Shown here: positions 42,950 through 55,744 of the stretch, in pieces
Layout: every line of letters starts with the position of its first letter
Position numbering within the stretch: the stretch's first letter is position 1
Assembly: GCA_964016885.1 (NCBI GenBank)
Contig: OZ024740.1
Location: forward strand, 359,228,001 to 359,292,000
Direction: 5' to 3'
Source: Eledone cirrhosa
Lineage: Eukaryota
Length of the DNA: 64,000 nucleotides
Made by a program: the position numbers and the translations under genes
Notes under the pieces: generated by a model
Databases searched by the model: none
What the model was told of the DNA's origin: nothing
Seen by the model: the letters and a program-made list of their open reading frames with translations, nothing else

Positions 42950-43729
42950 CGTTCACTGTAGGCTTTACGTGCCGGTAACGACACGTTCAGCTTCCAGTAT
43001 CCGGGTCATTGTCTATGCATTCTATCACGGTTGACTATGCAGATGACTAGTTTGTGATCTGAATAGGCAACCATGTGCATTTGTGGACAGCTTAACATCT
43101 TCTTGTCTCTCTCACGAATAAAGAACCTGTCTAAGTACGATCTAGATGTCCCGCTACGGTTTGTCCACGTCCACTGTGGTGCAGTCGGGAAATCTAGTCG
43201 ATACCTATCAGCCAATTGGCCGATTAAATGTTTGAGCCTGTTGCACACCCCTCTACTGGGACATGATCCTACATAGTCCCACCGTGCGTCTAGGATACCA
43301 TTCCAGTCGCCCCACTAAAAGAAAGGAGCGAGACGTTTCCAGAAAAGACTCTAGACGCTTAAAGAAGTATGGCCGCGATTGCCCAATCGGGGCATAAACG
43401 GTCACCAGTCTGAAGGCTCCACCTCCAGTACTGTTCACGTCTAGAACTACCAGTCTACCCTCCGGATCCAAGTGTACTTGCTGTACTTCGAGGTCCAGGT
43501 TTTTCCGAAACCTGACAGCCACTCCCCCTCCACCTCCTGGCTGACAGAGAGATGCGTAGATCTCAAAGTCGTCGAAGATCTGGTTTAGTTTCTGTCTATT
43601 GTGGATCTTGGACTCGGTGATGGCTATCACATCCATACCGTGTGACCTAAGGTCGTTTAAAAGTTGGCCCTGTTTCCAGGGCATCCCTAGGCCACGCACA
43701 TTCACACTTCCGACTCGTAAATTAGCCAT
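42950..43729 (-). pseudogene. Tx1 ORF2 APE endonuclease domain (frameshifted)
   Basis: MANLRVGSVNVRGL, DVIAITESK, VYAP, SYLDRFFI, SDHKLV. Confidence 0.9.
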
Positions 43730-43799
43730 GTTGGTGGAGAAGAGTGTGCGTAAAGGGAAGAAAAGATGCACTTATCTTTTCGTTTCCTGGAGATCGGGT

Positions 43800-45510
43800 T
43801 GTTCAATCTCCATTTGGGTGCTTGTGGGGATGTTGGGTGGGGTGGGGAAACATTTTAATAGGACGCGGTTTATGGGTTTTTGACAGGGGTTTCCCACGTC
43901 CTGCGACAATTCACTTTTCAGTTAACTATATGTTTCCATGGAAACCCTCATCAGTGTATGATGTGGAGACGATTCTGCTTTAACAAAATGTTTACCCTCG
44001 GGCTCCACCTTGGGGTTTTTTGAGATGACCTCCATCAAATTCTTGTTGTTGGTGTTGATGTAGGCGTATTGTTGTTTGTGTTTTTGTTGTGTTGTTTTTG
44101 TTTGTGTTCATCTAGGAGTTTTCTTTTTATGGTGGGAGTTTGTGTTTGGGGTCGTGTTGGTATTTGTTTTGTAGTAAGGGTAGGTTTGATTCTGGTGTTG
44201 TTTGTGTTGTTATTTGTGTCGGTGGTTGTGTGTTTGTGTTGGTGATTTGTGTTTTTGTGGCTTTACGGTGTTTCTTTTTTGTTTTGTTTTTATTTCCGAG
44301 GCTCTCCTTCATCCTCGCTTGAGGATGGAGAAGTAGCCTCGTCTGACAATGAATCGTCATCAGGGGCTTGCGGTAGGGGTATGTTGTGTGGTGATGGTGT
44401 TTTTGTGTGTGTGTTTGTGGTAGTGTTGGATGGAGTAGGATGGGGTGGGACTGTGTTCTTCAGGGGAGTTGTCTGTGTTTTTTATGTTGTAGTTGGTTGA
44501 GTGGCTGTTTGTTTTGGTGTGTTTGCTTGTTTTGTGTGTTGTTGTTGTTGTGGTGGTGGTGGTGGTGGTGGTGGGGGTGGTGGTGGTGGTGGTGGTTTTG
44601 GTGTTGGTGTTGGTTCCAGTATTTTGGGGGTTGTCTTTTTTAAAGTGTGTCTGTAAAGGGCAGGAGGCCTTTAAATGCGATGTACTGTTACATCGAAAGC
44701 AGTGTGGTCTCCCTCCTTCAACTGAAATATTTATGTGGCTGCTGTTGTCTACCAGCACTTTTTCTGGTATTTTGAAGATTCTCTCCGGCCTCATTTGAAC
44801 CAGAATCTCCAAATTTGTACCAGACCACGTGTGTCTTGTTGATTTCTTGGTTTCTTTTTCCCAGGTAAGTAGGGAAAAGGGTGTATTTTGTCGAACTGAT
44901 CGGCCTTATTGAATACTTCTGTGCGAGGGCCTCGCGTTTGAGGAGCACCGAAATGCTCCCATACTGTCTGGCCCTCTGCATAAAATCTATATCCGGCAAA
45001 ACATCCTTCTATTTCCGCTTGACTGAGGAATGCTGGCTTTCTTGTTTCATTTGAAACAGTTCTGACGGTAACTGTCCTTCGAAGTGTTTCAAGACGAATT
45101 TCTGTTTTCTCCGAAAATGATAAATTCTCCGAAAATGATAAATTACTTTGCTTCAGAATGCATGTCTCGTATTGGAGATATCGAGATCCTTGAAGTCTTG
45201 TTTGTTTATGACTGTTTGTGCAAATGTTATTTTTTTTGGTGTTGTTGTGTTGGTGGTTGTCACTTTTTTCGTTTGTAGTTGTGTAAATTGTTTCATTTTC
45301 TGTGGTGTTTGATGTCTGTTGTGAGCTGTGTGGTCCAACTTGTGAGTTGCACGTTTCGCTTTCATTTCCAAACAAATCTTTGTTTTCACTACTTGTTACC
45401 ATAGTGACGTCTATACAGGCAGAGATTGTAGCAACGATATTCTCTGTCTGTCTTTCTCTATTTTTTTCATCGGCGTTCGCTAGCGTTCCTTCCACTGAGA
45501 TAGCCATTAT
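43800..45510 (-). pseudogene. Tx1 ORF1 (gag-like, CCHC zinc knuckle), disrupted
   Basis: CFRCNSTSHLKASC followed by a low-complexity Thr/Pro tail; lies upstream of APE. Confidence 0.8.
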
Positions 45511-46273
45511 CGCTGCAAAATATTTCAGCTTTTCAAAATTTTTTTCAAATAAGATTTCCGCCGAAACAGTGTATTTTTTAACAAAAGATTTCTGTTTTTT
45601 GCATCCAAAATTAACAAAAGACTTATATTTCTTTATTTGCCACAAGGGCGCACAAGAAAATGGGACAATACAAAGACATGCCGGGGATTTTACATACAGT
45701 CGTGTAAAAAATATAAAAACAAACAATTACAACAATCGAAATCCCCAATAAGGGGGGAAGAGCCACAAATGGGTTGTTTAATACCCCGTCGATAGAACAA
45801 CCCTCAACTCCGGGAGCGTGTTGTGCAAGTGCTCCTTTCTTCCTTTTGCTCTCTTCTTCAACCTACAGGTTTATAAACAGAGATGGCCCAATCACTCGGG
45901 CCATTTTCGCTTCATTCACCCACCTTTCAGTAAATTTACTGGAGTGCAGTGCCTCTCTCTCCACTCTGATTCTCCTTCTAAAGTGATACTTAAAGAAGGG
46001 AATCAATTGTTGTCCAGAGAGAAAGGCATCTGTCCTCAGTCCTCTCAATCTCGTCCGCCATATAACTTCTTTCACCATAGCCACCGTACAGAGGAAAACC
46101 GGCTCTCTTTGGTTTTTGAAAGAGGCTGGTGGTTTGAACCTTACTATGGACTCGGCAGTCAACTGGATTTGTCCCATACTCGACAGCAGTTGTTCTGCAT
46201 AGTTCCACAGGTCGGTTACGCCCGGGCAGTGTACAATTGCGTGCAGGACTGTTTCAATGTCCTGCGCGCATCT

Positions 46274-47732
46274 TATGTTGTGTTGGTGTTGGTGATTGGT
46301 GTTTTGGGGGGTTTGTGGTGTCTCTTTTTTTTGGTTTTTTAGATTTCCGCGGCTCTCCCTCTTCTTCACTTAAAGAAGGAGAAGCAGCTTCATCCGTCGA
46401 TGAGTAATCATCGTCAGGAGTGTGGGGTAGGGGTGTGTTGTGTGGTGGTAGTGTTTCGGTGTGTGTGTTTGTGGTAGTGTTTGATGGAGTGGGATGGGGT
46501 GGGGCTGTGTTCTTCAGGGGTGTTGTCTCTGTTTTTTCTGTTGTTCTTGGTTGAGTGGCTGTTTGTTTTGGTGTGGTTGCACGTTTCGTCTGTCGTTGTA
46601 CTTGTGGTGGTGGTAGTTGTTTTGGTGTTGGTGTTGGTAATAGTGTTTTTTTAATGATGTTGTTGTGGTGTGTTTGTGAAGGACAAGAGGATTTTAGGTG
46701 TGCTGTGCTACCACAGCGAAAGCAATGAAATTTTCGTCCTTCTTCCGAAATGTTTATTTTGTGGTTATCATCGATGACAACTATTTCGGGAATTTTGGAG
46801 ATTCTCTCCGGCCTCATTTGCAACAGAATCTCCAAATCAGTACCCGCCCACCTCCTTTGTCGAATAGACTTTCGTATCGAAAGAATCGTATCAGTTTCTG
46901 GCTCTACGAAGCCAGCTAAGATCCACCAGATGTTAATGTTTGGTGGTATAATTTTTATTTTTATTTTTTTTGTCCTTTTTCCCATGTATGTAGGGAAAAG
47001 GATGAATTCTTTTGACACTATCGGTGTCAGAATGTTTTGGGGCGAGTGCCTCGCTTTTAAACAGTACGGAAACACTTCCGTACTGTTTTCCTCGTTGGAG
47101 AAATTCGATATTTGCTAGAATTTCTTTCAAGGTATTTTCTATATCTCCTTGGCTAACAGATATCGGCTTTCTCCTGGTATTAGACACAGTCCTAAAGATC
47201 ACTGATCTTCGAACAGTCTTCTTTTATTTCAAGGGGTGAGTTAATTCTAAACCCACCCTTTTCTTCGAAAGTTACAAATTTTCTCCCTTGCTGGAGCATA
47301 TCTCTTGCATTGGAGATGTCAAGATTTATAAAATCTTGTTTTTTGTTCACTGTTTCAGCGAAAGACATGTTTTTGTGTTGTGTTGCTGTTGTTGTTGTTG
47401 TTGTTTGATGTTACCATTGTTAGCCTCGGTGTTGGAAATCTCAGTTTCTTGACGAGGTAACACTTTATGTGTAGATATATCTGTGGAGTTGTTGATGTTG
47501 TTTTTTTCGTGTGTATGTATTTTAATGGGTTTAATTCCTGTGTTTTAATTTTTTTTTTCTGCTTCGACGGTAGAAATTGTACAATCTTCAAGTGGCAATA
47601 TTTTTTCCCTTTGTTGACAGTCGTATCTATGGCGACGTCCATAGTAGCAGAAGCAGATATAACGTTAAAATCTGCCTCGTTCTCTCTCTTTTCTCTATTG
47701 ACGTTCTCCAGCGTTCCCTTCGTGTTATTCAT
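46274..47732 (-). pseudogene. Second Tx1 ORF1, disrupted and fused to a 3'-end module
   Basis: CFRCGSTAHLKSSC; shares LFPTY(L/M)GKR and QMRPERI with the other ORF1. Confidence 0.8.
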
Positions 47733-48449
47733 GTTTTATAGTTGGCGAAATTTGATATTTTAAAACAATTTTTAAATTAAATTTTCGCCCCTAAAGGGGC
47801 AAAAAGTGGGATTACCACCCAGCTGACAATTCAGCTTGGGGGTTAATCTACAAAATAATATGTTTTTTCAAACAATTTGTTCTGTTTTTCGTATATAAAT
47901 TTACAAAAAATCTTACCGGCGATGTTCCACGCGTCAGGCAGAAGATAGATATGGCGCTCAATACTTAGTCAAAAATGTTGTTATATTTTAATTAATTTAC
48001 AAAGACTATAGAAAGAAATACAAGAAAGAATGAAAATCTACGCACATGAATATATTTATATATTCACATACACACTATTGCCGTACTACTGTAGATAATA
48101 GATGCGCACATACATATATATGTGTGTATGTGTCAGTACGTGTGCGCACATGTGGGTGGGAGCGTGGTGAACAAAAAAATACACAAAAGAATGTACTCAC
48201 TACTAAGTTGATATGTATTTCAAATTGAGAAATGGGGATAATGTAACACAGGAAGTTTCAGTTGTAAATTTGAATCATCCACAGAAAGAAAATCAATGAA
48301 ACCCAGAAAAATGATGTCCTAATACCGTTGTATTAGGACAAATAGCAGCGTTATATACATAACAGGACACATAATACTGTTGTTCTGATAGAACGAGGAC
48401 ATAAGAATTAAAGCACAGCTGGATCCAAAAGTCTTTGTTTTGAGCCTAC

Positions 48450-49350
48450 TTCCTTCCATTTGTCAGCCACATCTTGAACGGTTACTTTTCAAAAACATCT
48501 TATTATGTGCATTTTTTCCTTCAGCCAACAACCGCTTTATAAGCCATTAACTTAGTGCATAACTTGATTCCATTGCAACAAATGAGTTATTTGCTGTTTC
48601 CCAAATGCTACATGAACAAGACGAATACCATTTGATATCTCATCAGTTTTTACCAAGAACCTCTGAGAATTTTATCTTCAATATTTTGAGTTTCAATATA
48701 TTGAAGCTCAGGTGAATCAAATACCTTGGCGTCTTCTAATTGTTCTCAGTTTCATAATGATTATGCTGAATGGGAATTCCAGCTGCGATTTGTGGTAGTG
48801 ATTACAGCAAAACAAGGAATAGAAGTGAAATGTAGAGGAGAGGATATCATTCTGTTTAATACCCGTTCCGATAGGGAAAGATTGAGGAAACTTTCCTCGG
48901 AGAGTTCTGTCATATCTTCGCAAAGAGTCCTGGTATCTCTTATGAAATGTGGTACACTTTCGAAGCGTTCAAATATCTCCTATATAGTATCACGTGGCAC
49001 TGATTTGAAAGCCTTAACGAGATCGTAAAAACTTGTGTACAGAAAATGGTGTTGTTCTCGGTACTTGTATTGGATCTTTTGTAAAGAAAATATATCGACC
49101 TTCCTTCATTGTCTAAATCAACGTAGTTTCTGGAAGTATGTGTCCTGCGATGGAAATTTTGTTATCAAAAAGAATTTTTGCGATGGTTTTCTAGTAATAA
49201 AAAGAAGCGATACCTCGGTAAATTCCAGTGTGTACGATTTCTTCAAATCATGCCCTACTTTCTTAGAAAAGGGACATGTTGTACTTAGTATATTGTGTTG
49301 AGAAAAATGATGAGATGGCGATAGCTGGACTGATTTTGATGGGTTGTCTG
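48450..49350 (-). pseudogene. Decayed LINE (RTE-like) RT remnant
   Basis: Minus-strand fragments FYDLVKAFKSVPR and FPIGTGIKQNDILSST. Confidence 0.65.
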
Positions 49351-49624
49351 GGAAGAAATAACAATAAAAACAATAGTTTACATTACAAAACTTAACGTTT
49401 CCAGGACAATTAATCCATATTTTGTGTGTTTACACATTTCACTGTTTGATCCTATATACTGCACATTAGACTAAAAGTCGTTTTACTTCTACGATAAATA
49501 TTGGGTTTCTTTAACAATAACTCAGTGCAAAATGATAGATACACAAGATTTCGATCGTAAATCTTATGTCTACAAGAAAGGTGAGATTTTTTAGCTAGAA
49601 AAAGCTGATTGGATAAAAGATTTG

Positions 49625-49804
49625 CAGACCTGCCAACCTCTAAAATCTCAAACAGGGAGTACCATGAAAAAAGGTGTCCCAAAACGGAAAGAAATGAAGC
49701 AAAATAATGAAAGCTATACACATTTTCACAAGAGAAGACATCTTTCGCCCACCCCAAAGTGAGTGGGAGATATCCCCGTCGGACGGAGAGACTTGACAGG
49801 TCTG
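49625..49804. mobile_element. MITE with ~13-bp TIR; second copy at 60936-61107
   Basis: Ends CAGACCTGCCAAC and (G/C)TTGACAGGTCTG; internal similarity between the two copies; no clear TSD. Confidence 0.75.
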
Positions 49805-49949
49805 CATTTGGTTGTAGGTTTCAGCTATACCAAAACTCTGCTGAAACCGAGATGATAAATGCTGTACAACATCAAATAGTAACAATTTTTTAAAACCCAG
49901 TCTGACTTACGAAGTGGTCAAAGTTAACCAATACGATCCATAGTATACC

Positions 49950-50270
49950 ACTGAGCTGGACGTAGTATGTTTAAGGAGTTTGACTCGCAATAATTAGTTC
50001 CCGAATTCAATACTATTGCGTGGTTTATTGGCCAAGTATTATTTACCACAGCCACGGGTCGACCCACGCCTTGTGAGTGAAATTAGGCAGATGGCAATCA
50101 TTTGGAAGCTAGTTGGATGGACTGTACCTGTAATTCAAGGGGAAAACCTTGACATGATATCACGCGGAATCTCCCTAATAATTACATTAAGTGTATACGT
50201 GTCTCTGGAATGCTCAGCCACGTTCACCTTAATTTCATGATCAGGGTGTTACGTTGATCGAGCAATTGGT
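49950..50270 (+). mobile_element. Decayed tRNA-derived SINE (second family)
   Basis: tRNA-like head, then CCACGGGTCGACC..GCCTTGTGAGTGAAATT..GCAGATGG. Confidence 0.5.
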
Positions 50271-52378
50271 ATGCTTATCGTCGAAATCGACGAAAATCCG
50301 TTCCATAATTGACTAGTACCGGGTACGGAAATCCAGCATTTAGGTTTATTCTTTGTGAGAAGTGGGCTTTGCTATATTTGACATACTTATCAAACAGAGT
50401 GGCTCTTCCAGCGTATCTCCCTTGCCATCCTGCGGGGAAAAGCCTTCTCCATTCTGTCCACCGGGACTGTGAGGCGGCCGACACGTGGGACCCGATTTGC
50501 AGAGAGATTGGGAGGGCGAGAGAGAAGGGGCGATGACGGTGGAGTTCGGCTCTTCCGTGTTCGGACACATTGCAACTATCTGTCTATGTGACTGTCTACT
50601 TATCTATTAACATAACTATAATAGTATCGAATATTTACCATCATGGTTCCTTTCTACTTTCACTTCACTAGCTTACTGAGTGATAAACTAAGCAGTCACA
50701 TTATACGTATAGGAAGACGTTATCGTTGTTGTGGATGTGAAATATAGAGACTATTCTAAAGATTTGTTTTGTCTTTTTAAAGAAATAGCATTATACTGAA
50801 AACAGAATCAATTAAATACGTATTAAATGTTTTGTATCGAAAAGATACGTTTTTGAATAGTAAAGTCAAGTAAAATTGTTTTCCTAGTGTTTTGATAATT
50901 ACATTATCATCAATTTGTTTTTATATTCAAACTATTTTTAGATTAATTCGTTTTTGTTGCTGTTGTTGTTGTCGTTATTTGGGGGGGGGGTACAAATCTT
51001 AATTAGATACAATTTTAAGTAAATAACATCAAATATTTTTTACAGTTAATCTCTAGAAGCGAATAACTGAAATATAATTGTTTTCTACTATCAAAAAGTG
51101 CTTCCCCAGAGCCTAATTAACTAGGAATAGAATTTGTTTGTGATATTACTTATTAAATCATTATACAAATAGCAAAACTATTTGATATATATACAGATAA
51201 TTACTTTAATCTAAACCAAACAATTTCCCTCGAGAAAAATAATTCATATTCAGCCCATGATATTTCTTCATCTAATATAAGTACTTTAAATATATAATTC
51301 AATGAGGTCATGGAACTCTATGCAAAACAAATTTTATTGTAGTTAAATATTTTAAACAAGTCATGTATGTTTTAATATTGGACAAAATGTACATAACGAA
51401 AATTGCTGCTTTGGATTTAAATCAGAATAAATCATTTTCAGATCTTATTAAATTGTGTTTGCGATGATGAATCGCACCTGGTAAAATTGGTAGATTAAGA
51501 AACTAACAAAAGTTAGAAAGAACGTTTAACACGCTTGTTCAGAAACGTTTGTGGCGAGCGGGGACGGATTTGGAACGCAGGCATATGCCCTTGTCTTTTG
51601 CAAGTCCCGCCCGAAATCCGAGGAGATCGAAGGGAGAAGCTGCAAATCGGTAGTTTTAGAAAACATTTTAGCTATTAGTCTATTGTTTGTGTCATAAGTG
51701 TTGTAGATATAGTAGAACATATCCAATAATTAAGAGTTAATATTGTAAGTATTTTGCGAGATTATAAAAATCGAATCGATTACTTAATAATTATACTGAA
51801 AAAAGTTTAAGAGAACTAAATTTTGATATTCTTGCGTTTATTGTAAGTATGAAGATAGTGAAATTTACTAGAATATATAAAGTACATATACGTATAAATG
51901 GATTTACTCATGTTAATCGTTTCTGGACAGTATATTTGAGACGAGATAACTCCAAAGATAACTCATATATCTCAGAACAGCAAATCCGATTAAAACAAAC
52001 AAGAAGAGAGTATAGAATGCTTTTACTAGAAAAACACGTGGCTAATGAGAGAAAGAAATAGGCGGTTGCAACGGAATAGTAAAATTCGAAAGTTTGATAT
52101 TTTTGGAATAATTGGGGGTTTTTTTTTATTCAAAAATGAAAGTATTCAATATTTAAGAAAACAGTTACTCGTTAATAAAATTATCTACATTCACGATTAC
52201 ACTTTTGATAAAGTTTATCGACATTTATTTTCATTTTAGTTTTTAACTAAATATTTTTTTATTGATTCCGAAATAAGTCGTCACTTTTTATTATATGCAT
52301 TTTCAACTAAAGAACGTGTTTTTATTACACTTTACTCTTACTTTCGGCATATATATGTATGTTGTTTAGATAAATAAG

Positions 52379-52460
<82 letters not shown>

Positions 52461-52464
<4 letters not shown>

Positions 52465-52645
52465 TTATTCCAGGTTGTATCGGAGGTAACCACAGTAAGT
52501 AAGGTACTCAATACATAGCAGAGTATAAATGTTTTAATAAAGAAGAGCTTCTACAGGACTAGAACTGTTTCATTCGTGAGAATCATCAGGAATCCCTGAT
52601 GATTTCTCACGAATGAAACAGTTCTAGTCCTGTAGAAGCTCTTCT
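52461..52645. mobile_element. Tiny element with back-to-back hammerhead pair (52546-52594 minus, 52595-52640 plus)
   Basis: Same family and same palindromic junction as 14258-14441. Confidence 0.8.
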
Positions 52646-52713
52646 CTCTATATATATATGTATGTGTGTGTAAGTATATACTTTCAGACTTCAACCATCT
52701 GACAGAAAGGTAT

Positions 52714-52756
52714 ACGATGCTGACGATAGCTAATAAGCTTGAAACTACTACATCGT
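52714..52756 (+). ncRNA. Minimal type I hammerhead
   Basis: ACGATG-CTGACGA-t AGCT aata AGCT t-GAAA-CTAC-TA-CATCGT. Confidence 0.8.
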
Positions 52757-53025
52757 TCCTGTGTGAGCGTTGAACAAAAAGGTGACGATGGTTGCCTGAA
52801 CACTGTACGGCGTAATTCGGGGTGTTTGTTTTCAAACAAACCGAGCATTATAATAAATGTTCGGTAAACCCATACGTACATATATATATGTGTGCATGTA
52901 TGTATATATATATATATACTACTGTACGTCTGTATACATATATGTATGTACGTATACATACATACCTACATTTAAGTACCAGCCGTACTAAGAATGAGAA
53001 ATAAAATTTTGTTTCATTCTTTTCC

Positions 53026-53075
<50 letters not shown>

Positions 53076-54789
53076 TTAAGGATACTATTTATGGTTATGT
53101 ATGTAATAAAACCTTTTATGGTTATATATTTTTTATACAAACCCTAAATAGTGATAGATAGTCATTAATTACTATCTTATTACCAGTAAGATAAATAGCT
53201 CAATGTAATAACATCGGTTGTTTTACAGAGCAGTTATATAGAGATTACAATAATCAAAGTTCAGTTTAAATCATTTATTTGCTTATAATTGTTTCCTCCA
53301 AACCGAGGTTTGAAGTCTTCGGAGCAACTATTTAATGATCTATAACATACTTGACCTCCTTTTCAACACAAGAGACATATAAAAACATATGCACATATTG
53401 ATCCACAGTGGGATGACATCCATCAAAATGATATGGCATGGCAATTTACATATAAAGGTTAAAGGATAAAGATAAAAATAAAAATAAAAATAAAAATGAA
53501 GCATTGGCAGTCTATGAAGATAAAGCAAGAGGAAAGTTTAGAGTAGTCAGTGTATGAAACAATCTCACGTGTAGCATGCACGCGTGTCTTATTTATACAG
53601 GATTAGAGTGCGTCAGAATGTTACTTGCAGGGTCAGGCAGTTGAAGCAGGCAATCGATATTATTATGTGGGCTGAATTATTAAATCATTTTTTCGCATAC
53701 ACCTGTATGATATACAGTCCCGAATGTGGAGAAACACCAAAATATCAAAAATATCAAACATATTATAAAACATATTATATCGTAGGCAAAACAGTACCAC
53801 TGTCTTCGCGCACACCACCACTCACATAATCCATGAGACGCAATATATAGACCACGGGTCTATCATATAATTCACGATGGTTCGGCATATAACCAAGTTA
53901 TAAACCGTATCTTGTCGATTCTTAATTAATAGATCATGTTGTTTAGTTCTGTGTGATGATACTATATTCCGGAAGTGTGTGTGTGACCAAGGGGAATTAA
54001 TGCGTAAGGGGAGGTAACTAGCTGGTTTACTTAGTTAAATTTATTATCCTAAATTACATTAATGGTGTTTCAAATAAGTGCCTATCATATGATGTTATAA
54101 CTAATTTCTAGATTAGGTTACTTATCTATAGGTTACGGTGTTGTCTATTAAGAAGTACTAAAGGTGTATATATCAGGATGATTACCTTCTATTAAGGGGT
54201 GTCATATCTGAACATTCTATAAGAAGAGTCAGACCCCCAAATCAATGTTCTTTGTAAGTGTAATTCCTCCCGCAGGACCTGGCATGGTCCTATTATTTTA
54301 TATGTGACTCCCGGTAAGCTCTGGGTCATTGTATGTCTGAATCCTTGGTAAATCTGAATATCTCCAGGGTGGTCTGGAGATCAAATCTCTCATATAAAGA
54401 CACCAGTCTGTCCATCAAGCAATAGATAAACTCCTATCTCATATATAAATTAAATTAGGTATCTTATCTACAAATTAGAGTGGAGTCTATTAATAAGTAC
54501 TAAAGGAGTTCATATCATGAAGATTACAATCTGGAGATCAAATCTCCCATATAAAGTCACCAGTCTGGCCACCAAGCAATACATGAACTCTCATCTCATA
54601 TATAAATTAAATTAGGTATCCTATCTACAAATTAGAGTGGAGTCTATTAATAAGTACTAAAGGGGTTCATATCCTGATGATTACAATCTAATATGGAGTG
54701 CCACACCTGGACAATCCATAAGAAGAGTCAGACTACAAAATTAATTATAAGGGTCTCACTACTAATAATAGGAATAGCAACCACACACA

Positions 54790-55744
54790 CACTAATAGAG
54801 ATGATAACAACAAAAGTTACCCACACCACAGAAATTACCATAGTAACATTAAAGGAAACAAATCACGGGACATAAAAAACAGAAATAGAAGAAGAAATAA
54901 TACATTTTTCAACCCTCCTTTCAATCTAAACGTCTCTACCAACCTACCTAGGGCTTTCTTCTCACTACTGGATAAACACTTCCCATCCGGCCACAGGTAC
55001 CATAGCCTTTTAAACAAAAACACTATTAAAATCTCATACTCTACTACGCCTAACTTAGCATACCACATAGCTAGTAGCAATAAAAGAAAAATTAATTCTT
55101 ACTTCCAACAAACTAAATCACAACAGACGATATCCCTTCAAAATAACATTCAAAATAACATTATAGCAACTAACCATAATATCAATAGAAATAATAGTAT
55201 TAGTACTAGTGTAAACATTAACGCTGCGAACGACAACCCACATAACCATAACACTATAGCTAACATCCAAACTTCTACACAGCATAGTAACCGGCAGACT
55301 AACACCCAGAATAATTGTAACTGTAGATCAAATAGAACCTGCCCTTTAGATAAAAAATGCTTAACCAAGGATATCATATACTCATGTACAGTCACAACTA
55401 ACAACTCTTCTGAAACCTATATAGGCTCTACTTCTAACTGCTTCAAAACTAGATACAATTCGCACCTCCACTCTTTCAAAAAACACAGTCTGGCCAACTC
55501 CACTTCACTATCTAGCTACATACACTATCTAAAAACTAAAAATAAAATATACACACTTAAATGGGAAGTGGTAGGTAGTGCATCATCGTACAAACCACCT
55601 AATAAATTTTGTAACCTCTGTCTACTAGAGACCCATGCTATCATCTTCTCTAACCATAATCTCCTTAATAAAAAGTCAGAAGTGTTCGCATCTTGCCAAC
55701 ACCGCTTCCGACACTCTTTCCAAAACTTTAAACCCTATATATAA
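54790..55744 (+). pseudogene. PLE thumb/linker + GIY-YIG open frame without start codon (missed by the ORF track)
   Basis: FFNPPFNLNVSTNLPRAFFSLLDKHFP..KISYSTTPNL; CNCRSNRTCPLDKKCL..IIY..YIGSTSNCFKTRYNSH..CNLC..SCQHRF, stop at 55742-44; homologous to ORF 9735-11183. Confidence 0.9.

Larger units (their letters stand above)
38266..47945 (-). mobile_element. Co-oriented stack of L1/Tx1-clade non-LTR retrotransposon pieces
   Basis: Three near-identical 3' ends (38266, 41487, 45628), two ORF1s, one APE and one RT; (GATA)n at 38195-38265 and 41435-41486, and GATAGAT at ~47944. Confidence 0.92.

Noticed and set aside
53340-53829. Duplicated small ORFs (62 and 81 aa) mirrored at 57206-57695
   Set aside because: By-product of the inverted repeat; no recognisable protein motifs
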